Notes: generated by a model from the letters alone, not told the origin. A stretch of 64,000 bases of DNA from Eledone cirrhosa (GCA_964016885.1 OZ024744.1:53382001-53446000); one strand, 5' to 3'. Shown: positions 1 to 13,607, counted from the first letter of the stretch. Numbers and translations: made by a program.

Positions 1-140
<140 letters not shown>

Positions 141-354
141 AACACACATGAATGGACCTGTTATTTTTGTCTAAAAACATTTTTTTTCCAATTTCACCAC
201 GCCCGTCCCATCAATTTTTCTTTTTTCTCATTCTTTCTTCTGACGAAGGACTGGCATCCGAAACGTTAAGATCCTCTGGCTGCAATTTCAAGCGTTAACC
301 TAATATATTCCTTCCATATACTGTACCGATTGTGTTGTTATTTCCGTTACCTTT
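141..354 (+). mobile_element. Hammerhead-bearing dispersed repeat (family H1), probable Penelope-like pseudo-LTR remnant
   Basis: Homologous to the reverse complement of 16343-16492 (shared gttattttt.tctaaa.acatt, cgcccgtc, ctcattctttcttctga.gaagga...tccgaaacgttaaga). Lies between (TA)n and (CA)n tracts. Confidence 0.6.
236..271 (+). ncRNA. Minimal type I hammerhead ribozyme motif (H1 copy 1)
   Basis: TCTT-CTGACGA-A-GGA(CTGGCA)TCC-GAAA-CG-TT-AAGA: CUGANGA and GAAA cores, stem II, stem I TCTT/AAGA, palindromic AACGTT in place of stem III. Confidence 0.65.
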
Positions 355-485
<131 letters not shown>

Positions 486-867
486 TTTGCGAGTGTACGC
501 ATTTGTGTGTAAGTGTGTGTGTAAGTATGAGCATTTATATACATACAACTATATTACCCGTCAAAATTAACGGAGTTCATTGCAAAAGATGTTAATTTAA
601 TAAATCGTTAATTACAATAATGCAGCAGAGATGCTTGTATTCTAGGTCTTCTCTCTCTTGTCATTTCAGACGTCACTCTATTTCATTTTACATTTATTTA
701 AATCAATTAGCATAATTTTCTTCCCTAATTACTTCAATTATCTTGAAACGTGTCTCTACTAAATTACAGTTACTTTGTTCTATCTACCTTCAGACTGCGC
801 TGGGATTTGAGGTTTAATATTATTGTCGTTCTTGTGCAAAAGTAGATACATGTTTCAAGAAGAAGAT

Positions 868-897
868 CGATAGATGTATAGATAGATGTATAGATAG

Positions 898-933
<36 letters not shown>

Positions 934-972
934 ATAGATATAGATAGATAGATAGATAGATATATAGATAAG
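868..972. repeat. (GATA)n / (TATC)n microsatellite at the 3' end of element A
   Basis: Imperfect gata tract beginning a few bases after the element's AATAAA (read on the minus strand). Confidence 0.95.
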
Positions 973-1206
973 TTTATATTTATTTGCCACCAGGGCACAA
1001 AAGAAAGGGACAAATACAAGGGGGGGGGGTTACATACATTTAGAGGACGTGTAGAAAATATAACAAATAAAATTAAACAATCGAAGTCCTCAGTAGGGAG
1101 GGGGTTGACGTGGGTCGCACACAACCCCGAAAAATGTGCAACCCTCCTCCTCAGGAGCACAAAGAGTGGGTGCTCCCTTCCTCTCCTCCTTCTCCTCCTC
1201 TCGAAC

Positions 1207-4200
1207 CTACAGGCTGATATAGATAGAAGGCCCATTCACTCGGGCCATTCTCGCCACTTTCACCCACCTTTTATAAAACATGCTGGGGTAGAGCACCTTT
1301 CTCTCCATTCTGATCCTTCTTCTAAAATGGTATTTGAAAAAAAGGACCAGTTGTTGGCCGGAGAGAAAGGTGTCTGACCTCATCCCTTTCAACCTCGTCC
1401 ACCATACAACCTCTTTAGCCATAGCTATCACACAGAGGAAAACCGCCTCTCGTTCATTTTTGACGGGGGGAGGCGGTTTGATCGTGACAATGTACTCGGT
1501 GGTCAACCGGATTGGTCCCACTCACGACTGTAGTCGTTGCACATAGCCCCACAGGTCAGCAACGCCCGGGCAGTGTACGAATGCATGCGCGACGGTTTAT
1601 CGTCGCGCACGTATCTCGGACAGATCTTTTTCGAGGCACCCCTACCCGAACGCCCGTGTCAGTAGAGCTTATCCCGATCGGGTAGAGCTCCTCGGTAGCA
1701 CTGTCAAGCCAGGGATTTTTGGAAGTTGTCCATCGGTCCCGGGCCAAACGTCCTACCGAACAGACTGGCTAGTTCGTCTTCCCCCATGCCCAGAGCTTCT
1801 CCGAGAGCGTCGTCGCACTTGCTGCGCACTAACCCTCTATAGAATGTCGAGGTGGAGTCTCCACTGATTGACGGATCCGCTCGCCAGAGGCCCGTGAGCG
1901 CCTGGGCACATTCAATGTGCCAGTCGCCCACTTTTCTCGGTCTTTGCTTGACCCAGGATTGCAGCTCTGTGAGCGAGACGAGTCTCAGAAAGGCTCGCCT
2001 CACAAAAGGGTCCCACACCGGTTGACCGGTGATGAATACCTGGAGGTGCCGTAGCCGTAATGCATGTTGACGCATCGTCAACCATGGTAACCCCAGCCCT
2101 CCGTTCGAAGGGTGTTGACTGTAGATGGATCTTCTCACCAAAGGGGCCAGCTTCTTCCAAAGGAATTGGAAGAGCGCGCGTTCCATTTTGGCGAGCGTTT
2201 TCGCTGAGCAAGGCACGACGGTCAAGCGCTAGTAGATGACGGACACTATATAAGTGTTCGCCACCTCCACTCTGACAACTTCTGGGCGAGTGCAAACACC
2301 TTGCCCGTTACCTCGTCCCAGTTTGTCTCCACCTGGAGGTCTGGTCCGAACCAGACCCCGAGCAGCTTCACCAGTCCCTTCGTCCAGCGTCCGACGATGC
2401 CGTCGGAGGGCATCGGTTTGACTCTCCACGTTCCGAGTTGCAAACTGGCGGACTTGTCCCGGTTCAGCTTGGCTCCTGTAAACCTTTCGTATTCCTCCAG
2501 TAAGGTGCCGATCTACCCGATTTCCGAGGCGCACGACACCATTACTGTCACGTCATCGGCGTAGGCCAACACCACTTTCTGCAATGCCGGTTCCAAGGGG
2601 TTGCCCTGTAACAGCTCCAACTTCCACAGTAGTGGCTCGAGAGCCAGTACATACAGAAGGGAGGAGAGGGAGCATCCCTGTCGGATGGATCGCGTGATTT
2701 GGAACGGCTCCGAGAGCTAGCCGTTCACATTGACCCTCGAACAGATGTTGCGACTGTGCATTGCAGCAAACCAGCCCCTGAAAACGGGTTCGAAGCCTGC
2801 CGTCACGAGCACAGCATCCTGATACCGATGGTTCACCCTATCGAACGCCTTAGATTGATCCAAGTTGATCAGGGCCCCACCAAAGCCGGTTCATTCCCTA
2901 CCCTATCTACGATGTATCGCATGAGGTGGAGGTTGTCGTGTATGGACCTGGACGGGATTGCGCATGTCTGCGCCTCTCTTACCAGTTTCCCGACGACAAG
3001 CGCCAACCTCTTCGCTAACACCTTGGCCAAAATATTTAACTCTGTATTTAACAGAGTTATGGGCCTGAAGTTATCTATGTCATCCCCCTTGTTCTCGTCT
3101 CTCCTCACTAGCGTGACTGCGCCCTTGGTCACAGAACTGGGAATTCTCCCGTTCTGTTGCCAGTTGCAGTAGACCGCCTTGAAGAGATTGGAGAACAAGT
3201 CCGGCATCGCTACATAAAGTTCGTATGGTAGACCATCGAGAGCCGGAGATTTGCGTTTGCCGCATCGGCTCAGCGTTTCCCCTATTTCAGAGGCTGAAAT
3301 CGACCTTTCGCAGGACTTCGCCTCCCCGTCGAGGTATGGACCGAAATCCATGATCTCACCCGGCCCGCCTCCCCTCCAGAATAGTCGTGCAAAGTGCCGG
3401 TGAAAGGCCGCGCACATCCGCTCAGGTTTAAGGATCACACATCCATCCTTATCTTTCAAATACCGAATCGTGGACTTGTTTCCAATTTTTGCCTCTGTCA
3501 CTCGGGTCCAGTTAATAGCTTTGGCTCCCTCGTTACCCAGAGCACGTATTTTACTCCTGACGATGCAGCCATCGAACTTGTCTAGGGCCGTTCTTGACGC
3601 CAGCACGCTGGCCACGTTGTCACACCTAATTGCCTCTTCTACTCTATCTATCAATTCCTTTTCAGTTCTATTCCTATCTAATGCTAATTTCTGACTAAAA
3701 CCTATCGATTCTATTCTAATTTCTCTCTTGAGAGAGCCCCACCACCTGCTGTTGACAATTTCCCCCGTCAACCGCTGCTTAACTAAAATGCTAATCCCTT
3801 TAGTGTAAGCTTTGTTTGTCGGTAAGGACAAGTTTAGCTTCCAGTAACAGGGTCCTTGCCTATGGGTTCTATCAAGGTTGACTACGTAGGTCATTAACTT
3901 GTGATCCGAATAGTCAACCATGAACATTCGTGAACAGCTTAATATGTCCCTATCCTTATTTTTAACTAGGAACTTATCTAGGTACGACCTAGATGTTCCG
4001 CTACGATTAGTCCACGTCCACAGTGGCACAGTCGGAAAATCTAGTCGATATCTATCGGCCAGGTCAAATCGACCGATTAACCGTTTAAGGCTGTTACAGC
4101 CCCCTCTATCGGGACATGCCCCTACATAGTCCCAACGTGCATCCAGGATACCATTCCAGTCCCCCACTAAAAATCTCTAGACGTTGGAAGAAGTCCGGTC

Positions 4201-4554
4201 GCGGTGTCCCAGATGGGGCATACGCTGCCACCAGGCTCAAGGCTCCACCTTCACTACTGCCGACGTCTAGAACCACCAGTCGACCCTCCGGGTCCAGGTG
4301 TACCTTCTGTGTTGCGAGGCCCAAGTGTTTTCGCAGCAGAACGACAACCCCACTCCCATCCCCCGGCTGACAGAAAGATGCATAGATCTCAAAGTCGTCG
4401 AAGATGGGGCCGGTTGGTGCTCGCTGTTGATCCTGGACTCGCAAATAGCTATTACATCCATTCTGTGCGACCTGAGGTCATTTAAGAGTTTGTCCTGCTT
4501 CCAGGACATCCCCAGGCCGCGTGCATTTAAACATCCAACTCTTATAACAGCCAT
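1207..4554 (-). pseudogene. ORF2 of copy A (APE endonuclease-RT), frameshifted
   Basis: Fragments MAVIRVGCLNARGL...ICESR, AYAPS, GDWNGILD, SRSYLDK, YSDH, KSPALDG, FRPITLLN, SIHDNLHLMRYI, NFQKSLAW spread over several frames. Confidence 0.92.
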
Positions 4555-4569
4555 GCTGGTGGTGAAGAG

Positions 4570-6254
4570 TTAAAGTGGAGAAAAAGAAAAGACACATACC
4601 TCTCCGTCTCCTGGGGACCAGGCTGCACAATTTCCATGGGGGTGTTGGAGGGGTTGTTTGGTGGGGTGGTGTTTGGGGTGTGGTGGGGACATCAGTGTGT
4701 GGTGGGTTGGAGTGTCTGGGGTGGTGGTGGGGAAACATTTCAAAAGGACGCGGTTGGAAGGTCTAGTACAGGGGTTCCCCACATCCTCGGGAAAGTTTTG
4801 TTTGAGCATTGCGTAGGTGTCCCTTGGGACCCTAATCATTTTTAAATGCGGTTTATTCGCCGCGTTTGTGAACATTTTCCCTTCGGTTTCCACCGAAGGG
4901 TCTTTGTCTATTGTTTGTACAAGTGTTTTGTTGTTTGTGTTGATGTATGTATAATGTTTTTGTTGTGTTGTGTTTGTTTTTGTTTGTTGTTATTGTGTGT
5001 GCTTGCGTTTTGTAGTATGTGTTATGTTTTCGGGAGGGGTGTTTTTTGTTTGTGATGTTTGTTCTGTTTGTGCTGGTGGTTGTGTGATTGTTGCATTTTT
5101 GTTAATGTGGTGCCTTCTTTTCTTTCTTTTTACTGGTTGAAAGGGCTCTCCCTCGTCGTCACTGGGTGACGTTGATAAGGGGTCCTCGTCCGTGTTGTTG
5201 GTATATTTTGGGCTTTTGTTGTGGTTGTGGGTGCTTTAGTATTTGTTTTAGGTGGGGAGGGGTTGGGTGGGGCAGTGTCTTGTGTTGTTATTTTTTCGTG
5301 TTGTTGTGGTTGTTGTTGTTGTGGTTGAAATGTTTATATAGGTTAGCCCGTTCAGAGGCACTCGTCTTGGGATTTTAGCTATTCGTTCTGGGCTCATTTG
5401 AACCAGAACTTCTACGCTAGTCCCACTAAATACACCTCTGGTGGACATTCCTACTGAGATTATTCTGTCTTCATCAAAATCAATGAATCCACATAGTATC
5501 CACCAAATATTTACATTTGGTGTGATACTCATAATTTTTTTTTGTGCCCTTTTTGCCCTGTATGTGGGGAAAAATGTGAAACGGGGGGACACAATGGATG
5601 ATACAGCGTATTTTTGTGCTGTTGGTTAGTCATTCATTAGCACCGAAATGCTACCAAACAGTTTTCCTCTTTGGATGAAGGTTATGTCCTTCATTGCATC
5701 TTTTAGAACCAGCTCAATTTCATTTTGTGATAATGAGCTGGTTTTCTAGTTGCGTTTGACATTGTCCTGAAAACCACAGTTTTCAGGACAGTCTCTCTAC
5801 GTAATACCTGGGGAGAATTGATGCTAAAAGCAACGTTTTGTCCAAAAGTTACATATTGTTTTGCATCTTGGAATAGCTGTTTTGCGTTAGTGATGTAAAT
5901 TGGAGTGTATAGTTCTGGGTTTTTTTACAGTTTGTGCGAATGACGTTTTGGTGTTGTTGTCTTTCTTGTTGCTGTTGTTGTTGTCACTGTTGTTGATGTT
6001 GTTCATATTTTCCGTGGTGTTGGTGTTGTTATTGTTGCAGTTGTTGGTTGTGGTGTTATTATCATTGTTCTTGTTGTTGGTGCTGGTATTATTTACGGGG
6101 TTTGGTTCCGTGGTTGCAATATTTACAACGTTTTTCGATAAAGCGAGGAGGGAAGGCTGGAATGCTGCAAGCTTTGTACTCCTACCTTCCCTCCACTACT
6201 TTTCTTAGTGGGCGTGACACTTGCTACAGTGTGAGAAGTTGAAATGGCATCCAT
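4570..6254 (-). pseudogene. ORF1 of copy A, disrupted
   Basis: Homologous to ORF1 of copies B and E (FFPTY...NIWWILCGF...EVLVQM; C-terminal PHLKMIRVP...FPEDVGNPC...VLLKCFP). Confidence 0.8.
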
Positions 6255-6455
6255 TACTAACTAACAAGTCTACACAAAATTTTCAGATGAAAGTTTCGCC
6301 CCAAAAAGGGGCGAAAATTAGTTAACCCAAAGTCTTAAGGCCCAGACGAGGGATTAAACTAAACAATAATAACAAATTCAACAATAAATTCACAGTTTTT
6401 TGTATAATAATCCGTAAAAAATCCGGAGTGAAGTAATACATGTCTACCAATCACG

Positions 6456-6457
<2 letters not shown>

Positions 6458-6527
<70 letters not shown>

Positions 6528-6576
6528 GGTTACCCAAACTGGATGCCGTGTGAATACATTTCTATCTATCTATCTG
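6458..6576. repeat. (GATA)n tract, short spacer, then inverted (TATC)3 between head-to-head elements A and B
   Basis: gata repeats at 6458-6526; tctatctatctatct at about 6561-6575. Confidence 0.9.
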
Positions 6577-8637
6577 TATAGATTGACCCTCTGACTAAAT
6601 TGTCAGTGGGTGGGGCGAAAATTTAATTTTCATAAAAATTTATAACAAATTGTTTTACGTATGAATGATAAAATTGAAGCGCTTCCCGCCATGAGGGGAA
6701 ATGGGAGCGTTGAAATGAATGTCACTATGACAACTGGTACTGACCGAGAAAAATCACACCAAAACAAAAGTATGGAAACACATACGGCACAAAAAAATAT
6801 TGAACAAGAAAAAACACAACTTCACAACCACAAATCAAGCAATTGAGAACAACAAAAACAACAACAAAAACGACAACAACGACAACAACAACAACAACAA
6901 CCATAAAAAATCTTTTGCCACAATAAGCAAAGGAACTTTTACAAATATTGATATTTCCAATGCGAAGGAAATAATCAATGAAGGAAAAAAATATATTATT
7001 TCGAGGAAAAAGGGGGATTTAAAATAACCTATCAGCCACAAGTCAAAGCAGACACTATGCGAAGGACTGTGATTTTTCGCACGATTTTGAACAAACAAAA
7101 AAACCGGCTTTCCTTACTCAAGGCAAAATTGAAATCGTCTTGAAAGAGGCAATGCCGGAAATACAATACATACAAAGGGCTAAACTGTATGGAAGCATTT
7201 CGGTGCTTTTCAAAAGTGAGGCCCTTGCGAAAAAATACTCAGTGACCCCGGTCACCTCTGCCACATACACCTTTTTCCCTACATACATGGGCAAAAGAAC
7301 ACAAAGAATAAACATAACCAATATACCATCCAACATTAACATTTGGTGGATTCTGGCAGGGTTCTTGGAGGAAGATGAAGACACAATACTGTCGATTCAA
7401 AAATCCACAAGAAACACCTGGAACGGCACAAGTTTGGAAGTTTTGGTCCAAATGAAACCGGACAGAATTTCCAAGATACCAAAAAGGGTGCCAGTAGACG
7501 ATACCAATGACATCCACAGTTCGGCAGATGAAAGGAGGCCACATTGTTTTAAATGCGCGAGCACATCGCGTTTAAAGGCCTCCTGTCCACTCTTACGAAC
7601 AAACACCAACACCCCCAAAAACGTACTTTTACCAACACCAACTCCAAAACCACAACAACAACAACACACAAAACAAGCAAACACACAAAAACAAACAACT
7701 GTTCAACCACAAACATCCCACTCCATCCAACACTACCACAATCACACACACAAACACACCATCACTACACCTTCGTGTTTCGACGCGAAACACGAAGGCT
7801 GCGTGGTCAGAAGTAAATCACGTGTTCTAGGAAACGAGGGAGCAAAAGCCGTTAGCTGGGCTCGAGTGGCGGAGGCGAAAAGTGGCAACAAGTCCACGAT
7901 TCGGTCTTTGAAAGACCAAAACGGACGCGTGCTACTTGACCCCAGGGAGATGTGCGAGGCCTTTCAGCGGCACTTTGCGGGACTGTGTGAGCAGAACGAC
8001 GGTGCACCGATATAACTCGACAGCCTCCGCGTCTCTCGAGCATGGACGCCGAGTTCTACGAAAGAACGATAACAGCCACTGAGGTTCGGGATGCTCTGGA
8101 CCACTGCAGGAAACGCAAATCACCCGGTCTAGATGGTCTACTCTATGAGTTTTACATAGGCATGCCGGACTTGTTCTCTGGTGTCCTCGAAGCCGTCTAT
8201 TGCAATTGGCAACTATTGCAACTGGGACAATTCCCAGTTCTGCAGGCAAGGGCGTAGTAACGCTGATCAAGAAAGACGAGAAGAAGGGGGACGAAATAAA
8301 CAATTTCAGGCCCATAACTCTGCTCAACACAGAGTTAAAGATTTTAGCCAAGGTGCTAGCAACGAGGCTGACGCTTGTCGTCGAAAACCTGGTAGGCAAA
8401 GCGCAAACGTGTGCAATCCCGACCAGGTACGTACATAACCTCCACCTCATGCGATACATCATAGAGAGGGTGGTGTGTAAACCCGGCTTCGGTGGAGCTC
8501 TGATCAATTTAGATCAGTCTAAGGCATTCGATAGGGTCGACCATCGATTCTTGGAAGCGGTTCTCAAGGCGGCCGGTTTCGGTCCCGTTTTCAGAGGCTG
8601 GATCAAGGCGATGCACACCAGCAACTGCTCGAAGGTC
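6577..8637 (+). mobile_element. Tx1-like copy B1: 5' UTR and ORF1 fused by internal deletion to mid-ORF2
   Basis: ORF 7140-8015 reads ORF1 (YIQRAKLYGSISVLFKSE, CFKCASTSRLKASC), then jumps at ~7770 to ORF2 (FDAKHEGCVVR). ORF 8200-8667 has FRPITLLN and DQSKAFDRVDH. Confidence 0.88.
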
Positions 8638-11600
8638 TGTTACAAACAACATGGAAATAACCACTGAACAGAAAAACAACAACACTAAAACTAAACAAAT
8701 AAACTCCACCGCCAAAAAGGAAACAACAATTGAGGACAACAACAACAACAATCTTTCGCTGAAACAGCAGCTAGCCAACAACAATTCACCCACTTGGATA
8801 TTCCTAACGCGAAAGAAATGATCAATGAAAGGAGAAAACATTATTTTTTAAGAAAAGGGGGGAGGGGTTAGAATAACCTCAGCCCCACAAATTAAAACTG
8901 AGACCCTTCGGAAAACTATCATTTTTCGAACAATCTCAAACTCATTAAAACAACCGGAATTCCTCGCTCAAGCCGAAATTGAAAGTCTAGAAGGAGGCTT
9001 TGCCGAACATTGATTTTATGTAAAGGGCCAAGCAATACGGACGCATTTTGGTGCTTTTCAAAAGGGAGGCCCTTGAACAAAGATACTGGGTGACCCCTGT
9101 CCCCTCTGCAAAATACACCTTTTTCCCTACATACATGGGGAAAAGGACACAAAAGTAAAAATAACAAATATACCACCAAATATTAATATCTGATGGATTT
9201 TGGCAGGGTTCTGGGAGGAGGGAGAGGACACCATCCTATCCTTCAGAAAATCGATCAGAAACACCTGAAATAGCATATATCTGGAAATTCTGGTCCAAAT
9301 GAGACTAGAAAGAATTTTGAAAATTCCAGAAAGAGTGCCAGCTGACAATATAAATTACATTTCGACCGGAATGAGGAATCGACATTGTTTTAAATGTTTC
9401 AGCACATCGCATTTAAAGGCCTCCTGTCCGTTACGAATAAACACTAACAAAAACGTACTTTTATCAACACCTACACTAAAACCACCACAACAACACATAA
9501 AACAAACAAACACAACAACTGCACAACTACAAACAACAGAAAAGATACAAACAATTCCTCTGAAAAACACAGTCCCACACCATTCCACTCCATCCAACAC
9601 TCCATCCAACACTACCACAACTACACACGCAAACACCCCATCGCCACACAACATACCCCTCTCACACACACCTGATGACGATTCATCAGATGGGGCTCGC
9701 TCTCCATCCCCAAGCGAAGATGAAGGAGAGCCTCAGAAATCAAAAAACAAAAAAAAAGACACCACAAAACCACAAAAACACCAACCACCAACACAAACAC
9801 GCAACCTCTAACTCAAACAACAACACAAACACCACCGCAATCAAACCCCCTTACTAACAAAACAAACACCAACACCACTCCAAACAAATGCCCAAAATCA
9901 AAAGAAAATTAGAAAACGAACAACAAACAAAAACAACACAACAAAAATCCAAACAACAATACGCATACATCAACACAAAAAAACAAAAATCTAATAGAAG
10001 TCATCTCCAAAAACCCCAAAGTGGAAACCGAGGGGAAAACTTTTACAAAATCAGACACTGCACCACACCTAAAGATGATAAGGGTTCCAATAGAAACCTA
10101 CAATAAACTAAAAGATCAATTTTCGCAGGACGTTGGAAACCCTTGCCAGGAGCCCATAAACCTCGTCCTCTTGAAATGTTTCCCCACCCGACCCAACAGC
10201 CCCACCAACACCGAAATGGTGATCGAACAACCCAATCTCCAGGAAACGAAAATTTAAGTGCATCTTTTCGTCTTTTCACCAACTTTTCTCCACCAACATG
10301 GCAAATATACGAGTTGGAAGTGTGAATGTGCGTAGCCTACGGATGTCCTGGAAACAGGGCCAACTTCTAAATGACCTCACGTCACACTGTATAGATGTGA
10401 TAGCCATCAACGAGTCCAGGATCCACAACAAGCAGCAATTAACCTCCATCTTCGATGACTTTGAGATCTACGCATCTCTCCGTCAGCCAGGAGGAGTGGC
10501 TGTTATGTTTCAGAAAAACCTGGACCTCGAAATACAGGAAATATATTTGGACTCGGAGGGTAGTCTAGTGGTCCTAGACGTGAACAGTGGAGAACAGATG
10601 GAGCCTTCAGACTGGTGGCCGTTTATGCCTCGACTGGGACATGGCGACCAGACTTCTTCAAGCGTCTAGAGTCCTTTCTGGGAACGTCTCGCTCCTTGTT
10701 TTTAGTGGGGGGCTGGAATGGTATCCTGGATGCACGATGGGACTATGTAGGAACATGTCCCAGTAGAGGGGGGTGCAACAGCGTCAAAAATTTAATCGGC
10801 CAATTCCAACTGGCCAGTAGATATCGACTAGATTTCCCAACTGCACCACAGTGGACATGGACAAGACGCAGTGGGACATCTAGATCTTATTTAGACTGAT
10901 TCATAATTAGAGAGAAAGACAAGAAAATGTGAAGCTGTCCACAAAAGTACATGGTTTCCTATTCGAACCACAAATTAGTCACTTGCATAGTCAAACATGA
11001 TAGAATGCATGGAAGCTGATAGTCAACCATAATAGATCGCTGGAAGCTGAACATGTCGTTACCGACGCGTAAAGCCTACAGTAGACGGATAAGTAGTTTA
11101 CTCAAGCATCAGTTGACGGGAGCCATCGTCAACAATAGGTGGTGGTGCTCTCTCAAGAGAGGTGAGCAATTAGAGTAGAATCCATAGTTTTTAGCAAAGA
11201 ACTAGCTTTAGAAAAAGATAAAATAGAAAGAGAACTAGTAGCCAAAGTAGAAGAGGCGCTTAGGAGTGGCAAAGCAACTATAGTGCTAGCAACGAGAAAT
11301 ACACTGGATCAGTTCTTCGATGCGAAACACGAAGGCTGCATTTTCAGGAGTAGATCACGTGCTCTAGGAAACGAAGAAGCAAAAGCTGTTAGCTGGGCCC
11401 GAAGAGCAGAGGCGAAAAGTAGAAACAAGTCCACGATTCGGTCTTTGAAAGACCAAAACGGACGCGTGCTATTCGATTCCAAGCAGATGTGCACGGCCTT
11501 CCAGCAGCACTTTGCGCAACTGTTCGGGCAGAGCGGTGCTCCAAACGACGCATTGAACTTCGGTTCATACCTCGACGAAGTTCTGCGAAAGCCTGATTAC

Positions 11601-13147
11601 AGCCACTGAGAGACGGGACGCTCTAGGCCGCTGCGGGAAAAGCAAATCACCCGGTCTAGATGGTCTACTCCATGAGTTTTACATAGGCATGCCAGACTTG
11701 TTCTCTGGCATCCTTTAAGCCCACTACTGCAACAGGCGGGAAAATTCCCAGTACTGTAGGCAGGGGCGTAATAATGCTGATGAGAAAAGACGAGAACAAA
11801 GAGGATGAAATAAGCAATTTCAGGCCCATAAATCTCCTAAACACAGAGCTAAAGATTTTGGTCAAGCTCTTTGCAACGAGGCTGGCGCTTGTAGTCGAGA
11901 ACCTGGTGGGAAAAGCATAAACGCGTGCAATCCCAACCAGGTCCATACACGACAACCTCCACCTCATGCGATACATCATAGAGAAGGTGGGGTGTAAACC
12001 CGGCTTCGGTGGGTCTCTGCTCTATTTATATCACTCTAAGGCTTTTGATAGGGTCGACCAACGATGCTTGGAAGCAGTTCTCAAGGCGGTCGCTTTCGGA
12101 CCCGTCTTCAGAGGCTGGATCACACCCATGCACACCAACATCTGCTCGATAGTCAAGGTGAACGGCTACCCATCGGAGCCGTTCCGAATCACGCGTTCCA
12201 TCTGACAGGGATGTCCTCTCTCACCCATTCTGTACGTGCTGACTCTCGAGCCACTACTCCGGAAGTTGAAGCTTTTGAAGGGCATCCATTTGGAACCGGG
12301 ACTGTGAAAAGCGCCGTCAGCTTATGCCAAAGACGTGACAGTAATGGTGTCGAAAACCTCGGAAATGGGGGCGATCGGCAACTTACTAAAGGAATACGAA
12401 AGTCTTACAGGAGCAAAGCTGGACCCGGACAAGTCTGTTGGTTTGCAACTCGGAACGTGGAGAGGCGAACCGATGCCGTCCGATAGCATCGTCGGACGCT
12501 GGGTGGAAGGACTGGTGAAATTGACCAGTTAGAAGTAGTAGGCTCCACACGTGTGGAGATCCGTCTGCTGCCAGCACCCTTCCAAAGGAGGGCTGGGAAT
12601 GCCGTGGCTGATGATGCGCAAACACGCGCTGAGGCTACGGCATCTCCAGGTATTCCTCACCGAATAAACGGTATGGGCCCCATTTGTGAGACAGACCTTT
12701 CCGGAGCTGCAGTCTTGAGTCAAGCAGAGACCGGAGAAAATGGGCACCTGGCACACCGAATACGCTCAGGCGCTCACAGTCCTCTGTCAAGCGGCCACAG
12801 CAATCAGTGGAGACTCCACTTCGGCATTCTATAGAGGGTTAGTATGGAACAAGTGCGACAACGTTCTCGGAGAGACTCTAGGCGTCGAAGCAAACTAGCT
12901 GACCAGTCTGTTCGGTAGGACTTTGCTCTCAGGACCTATGGATAACTTCCACAGGTCCCTGGTCTGGCAGTGCTACTGAGGAGCTCTACCAGTACCTGAT
13001 AAGATCTACAGCCAAGGGTGCCCTGGCAGAGATCCTTCAAAGAGCACGTGTTCAGGATACGAGCGGAACATTGAAACTGTCCTGCACGCAATTGTACACT
13101 TCCCGTGCGTAACCGACCTGTGGAACTACGCAGAACAAATATTGTCG
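8638..13147 (+). mobile_element. Tx1-like copy B2, 5'-truncated inside ORF1 and 3'-truncated at a MITE-like insert
   Basis: ORF1 with CFKCFSTSHLKASC knuckle (9299-9811) and C-terminal motif (10021-10257). ORF2 starts at ATG 10298 (MANIRVGSVNVRSL, INESR, VYAS, WTWTRRSGTSRSYLD) and has many stops. Confidence 0.9.
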
Positions 13148-13607
13148 AGCCCGAATTATGCTGTACAGTGTTCGCAACCATCGTTGCCCTTTTGTTCAAC
13201 ACTGAAAAAGGAGCGATGAACTAGTTTCAAGCGTATTAGCTATCGTCAGCATCGTATACCTTCCTGTCAGATGATTGAACGTTTGAAAGTATATACTTTC
13301 CTTATGCATATTAACGGCTGGGGATTCTAACTTGCATATCGAGTGAGTTAGTCGGCCGGGCGTAGCGAAAACGATAAATGGAAAAGAATGAAATGAAATT
13401 TCCTTTCTCACTCTTAGTACGGCTGATACTTAAATATAAGTATGTATAAGTACATACATATATGTATACAGACGTACAGTAGTATGTATATATATACATA
13501 CATGCACACATATATATATATGTACGTATGGGTTTACCGAAGATTTATTATAATGTTCGGTAAAAGGGCAACGATGGTTGCCGAACACTGTACGGCTATA
13601 TCGGGCT
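13148..13607. mobile_element. MITE-like element with ~55-bp imperfect terminal inverted repeats
   Basis: agcccgaattatgctgtacagtgttcgcaaccatcgttgccctttt at 13148 matches the reverse complement of aaaagggcaacgatggttgccgaacactgtacggctatatcgggct ending ~13607. No coding capacity. Confidence 0.55.

Larger units (their letters stand above)
973..6457 (-). mobile_element. Tx1/L1-clade non-LTR retrotransposon, near full-length decayed copy A
   Basis: 5' UTR, ORF1, ORF2 and a 3' UTR ending CCCTGGTGGCAAATAAA; (GATA)n tracts on both sides. Confidence 0.9.

Noticed and set aside
5900-6242. Hydrophobic membrane-protein-like ORFs (also 8509-8841, 28233-28890)
   Set aside because: Antisense reading of (AAC)-rich ORF1 N-termini.
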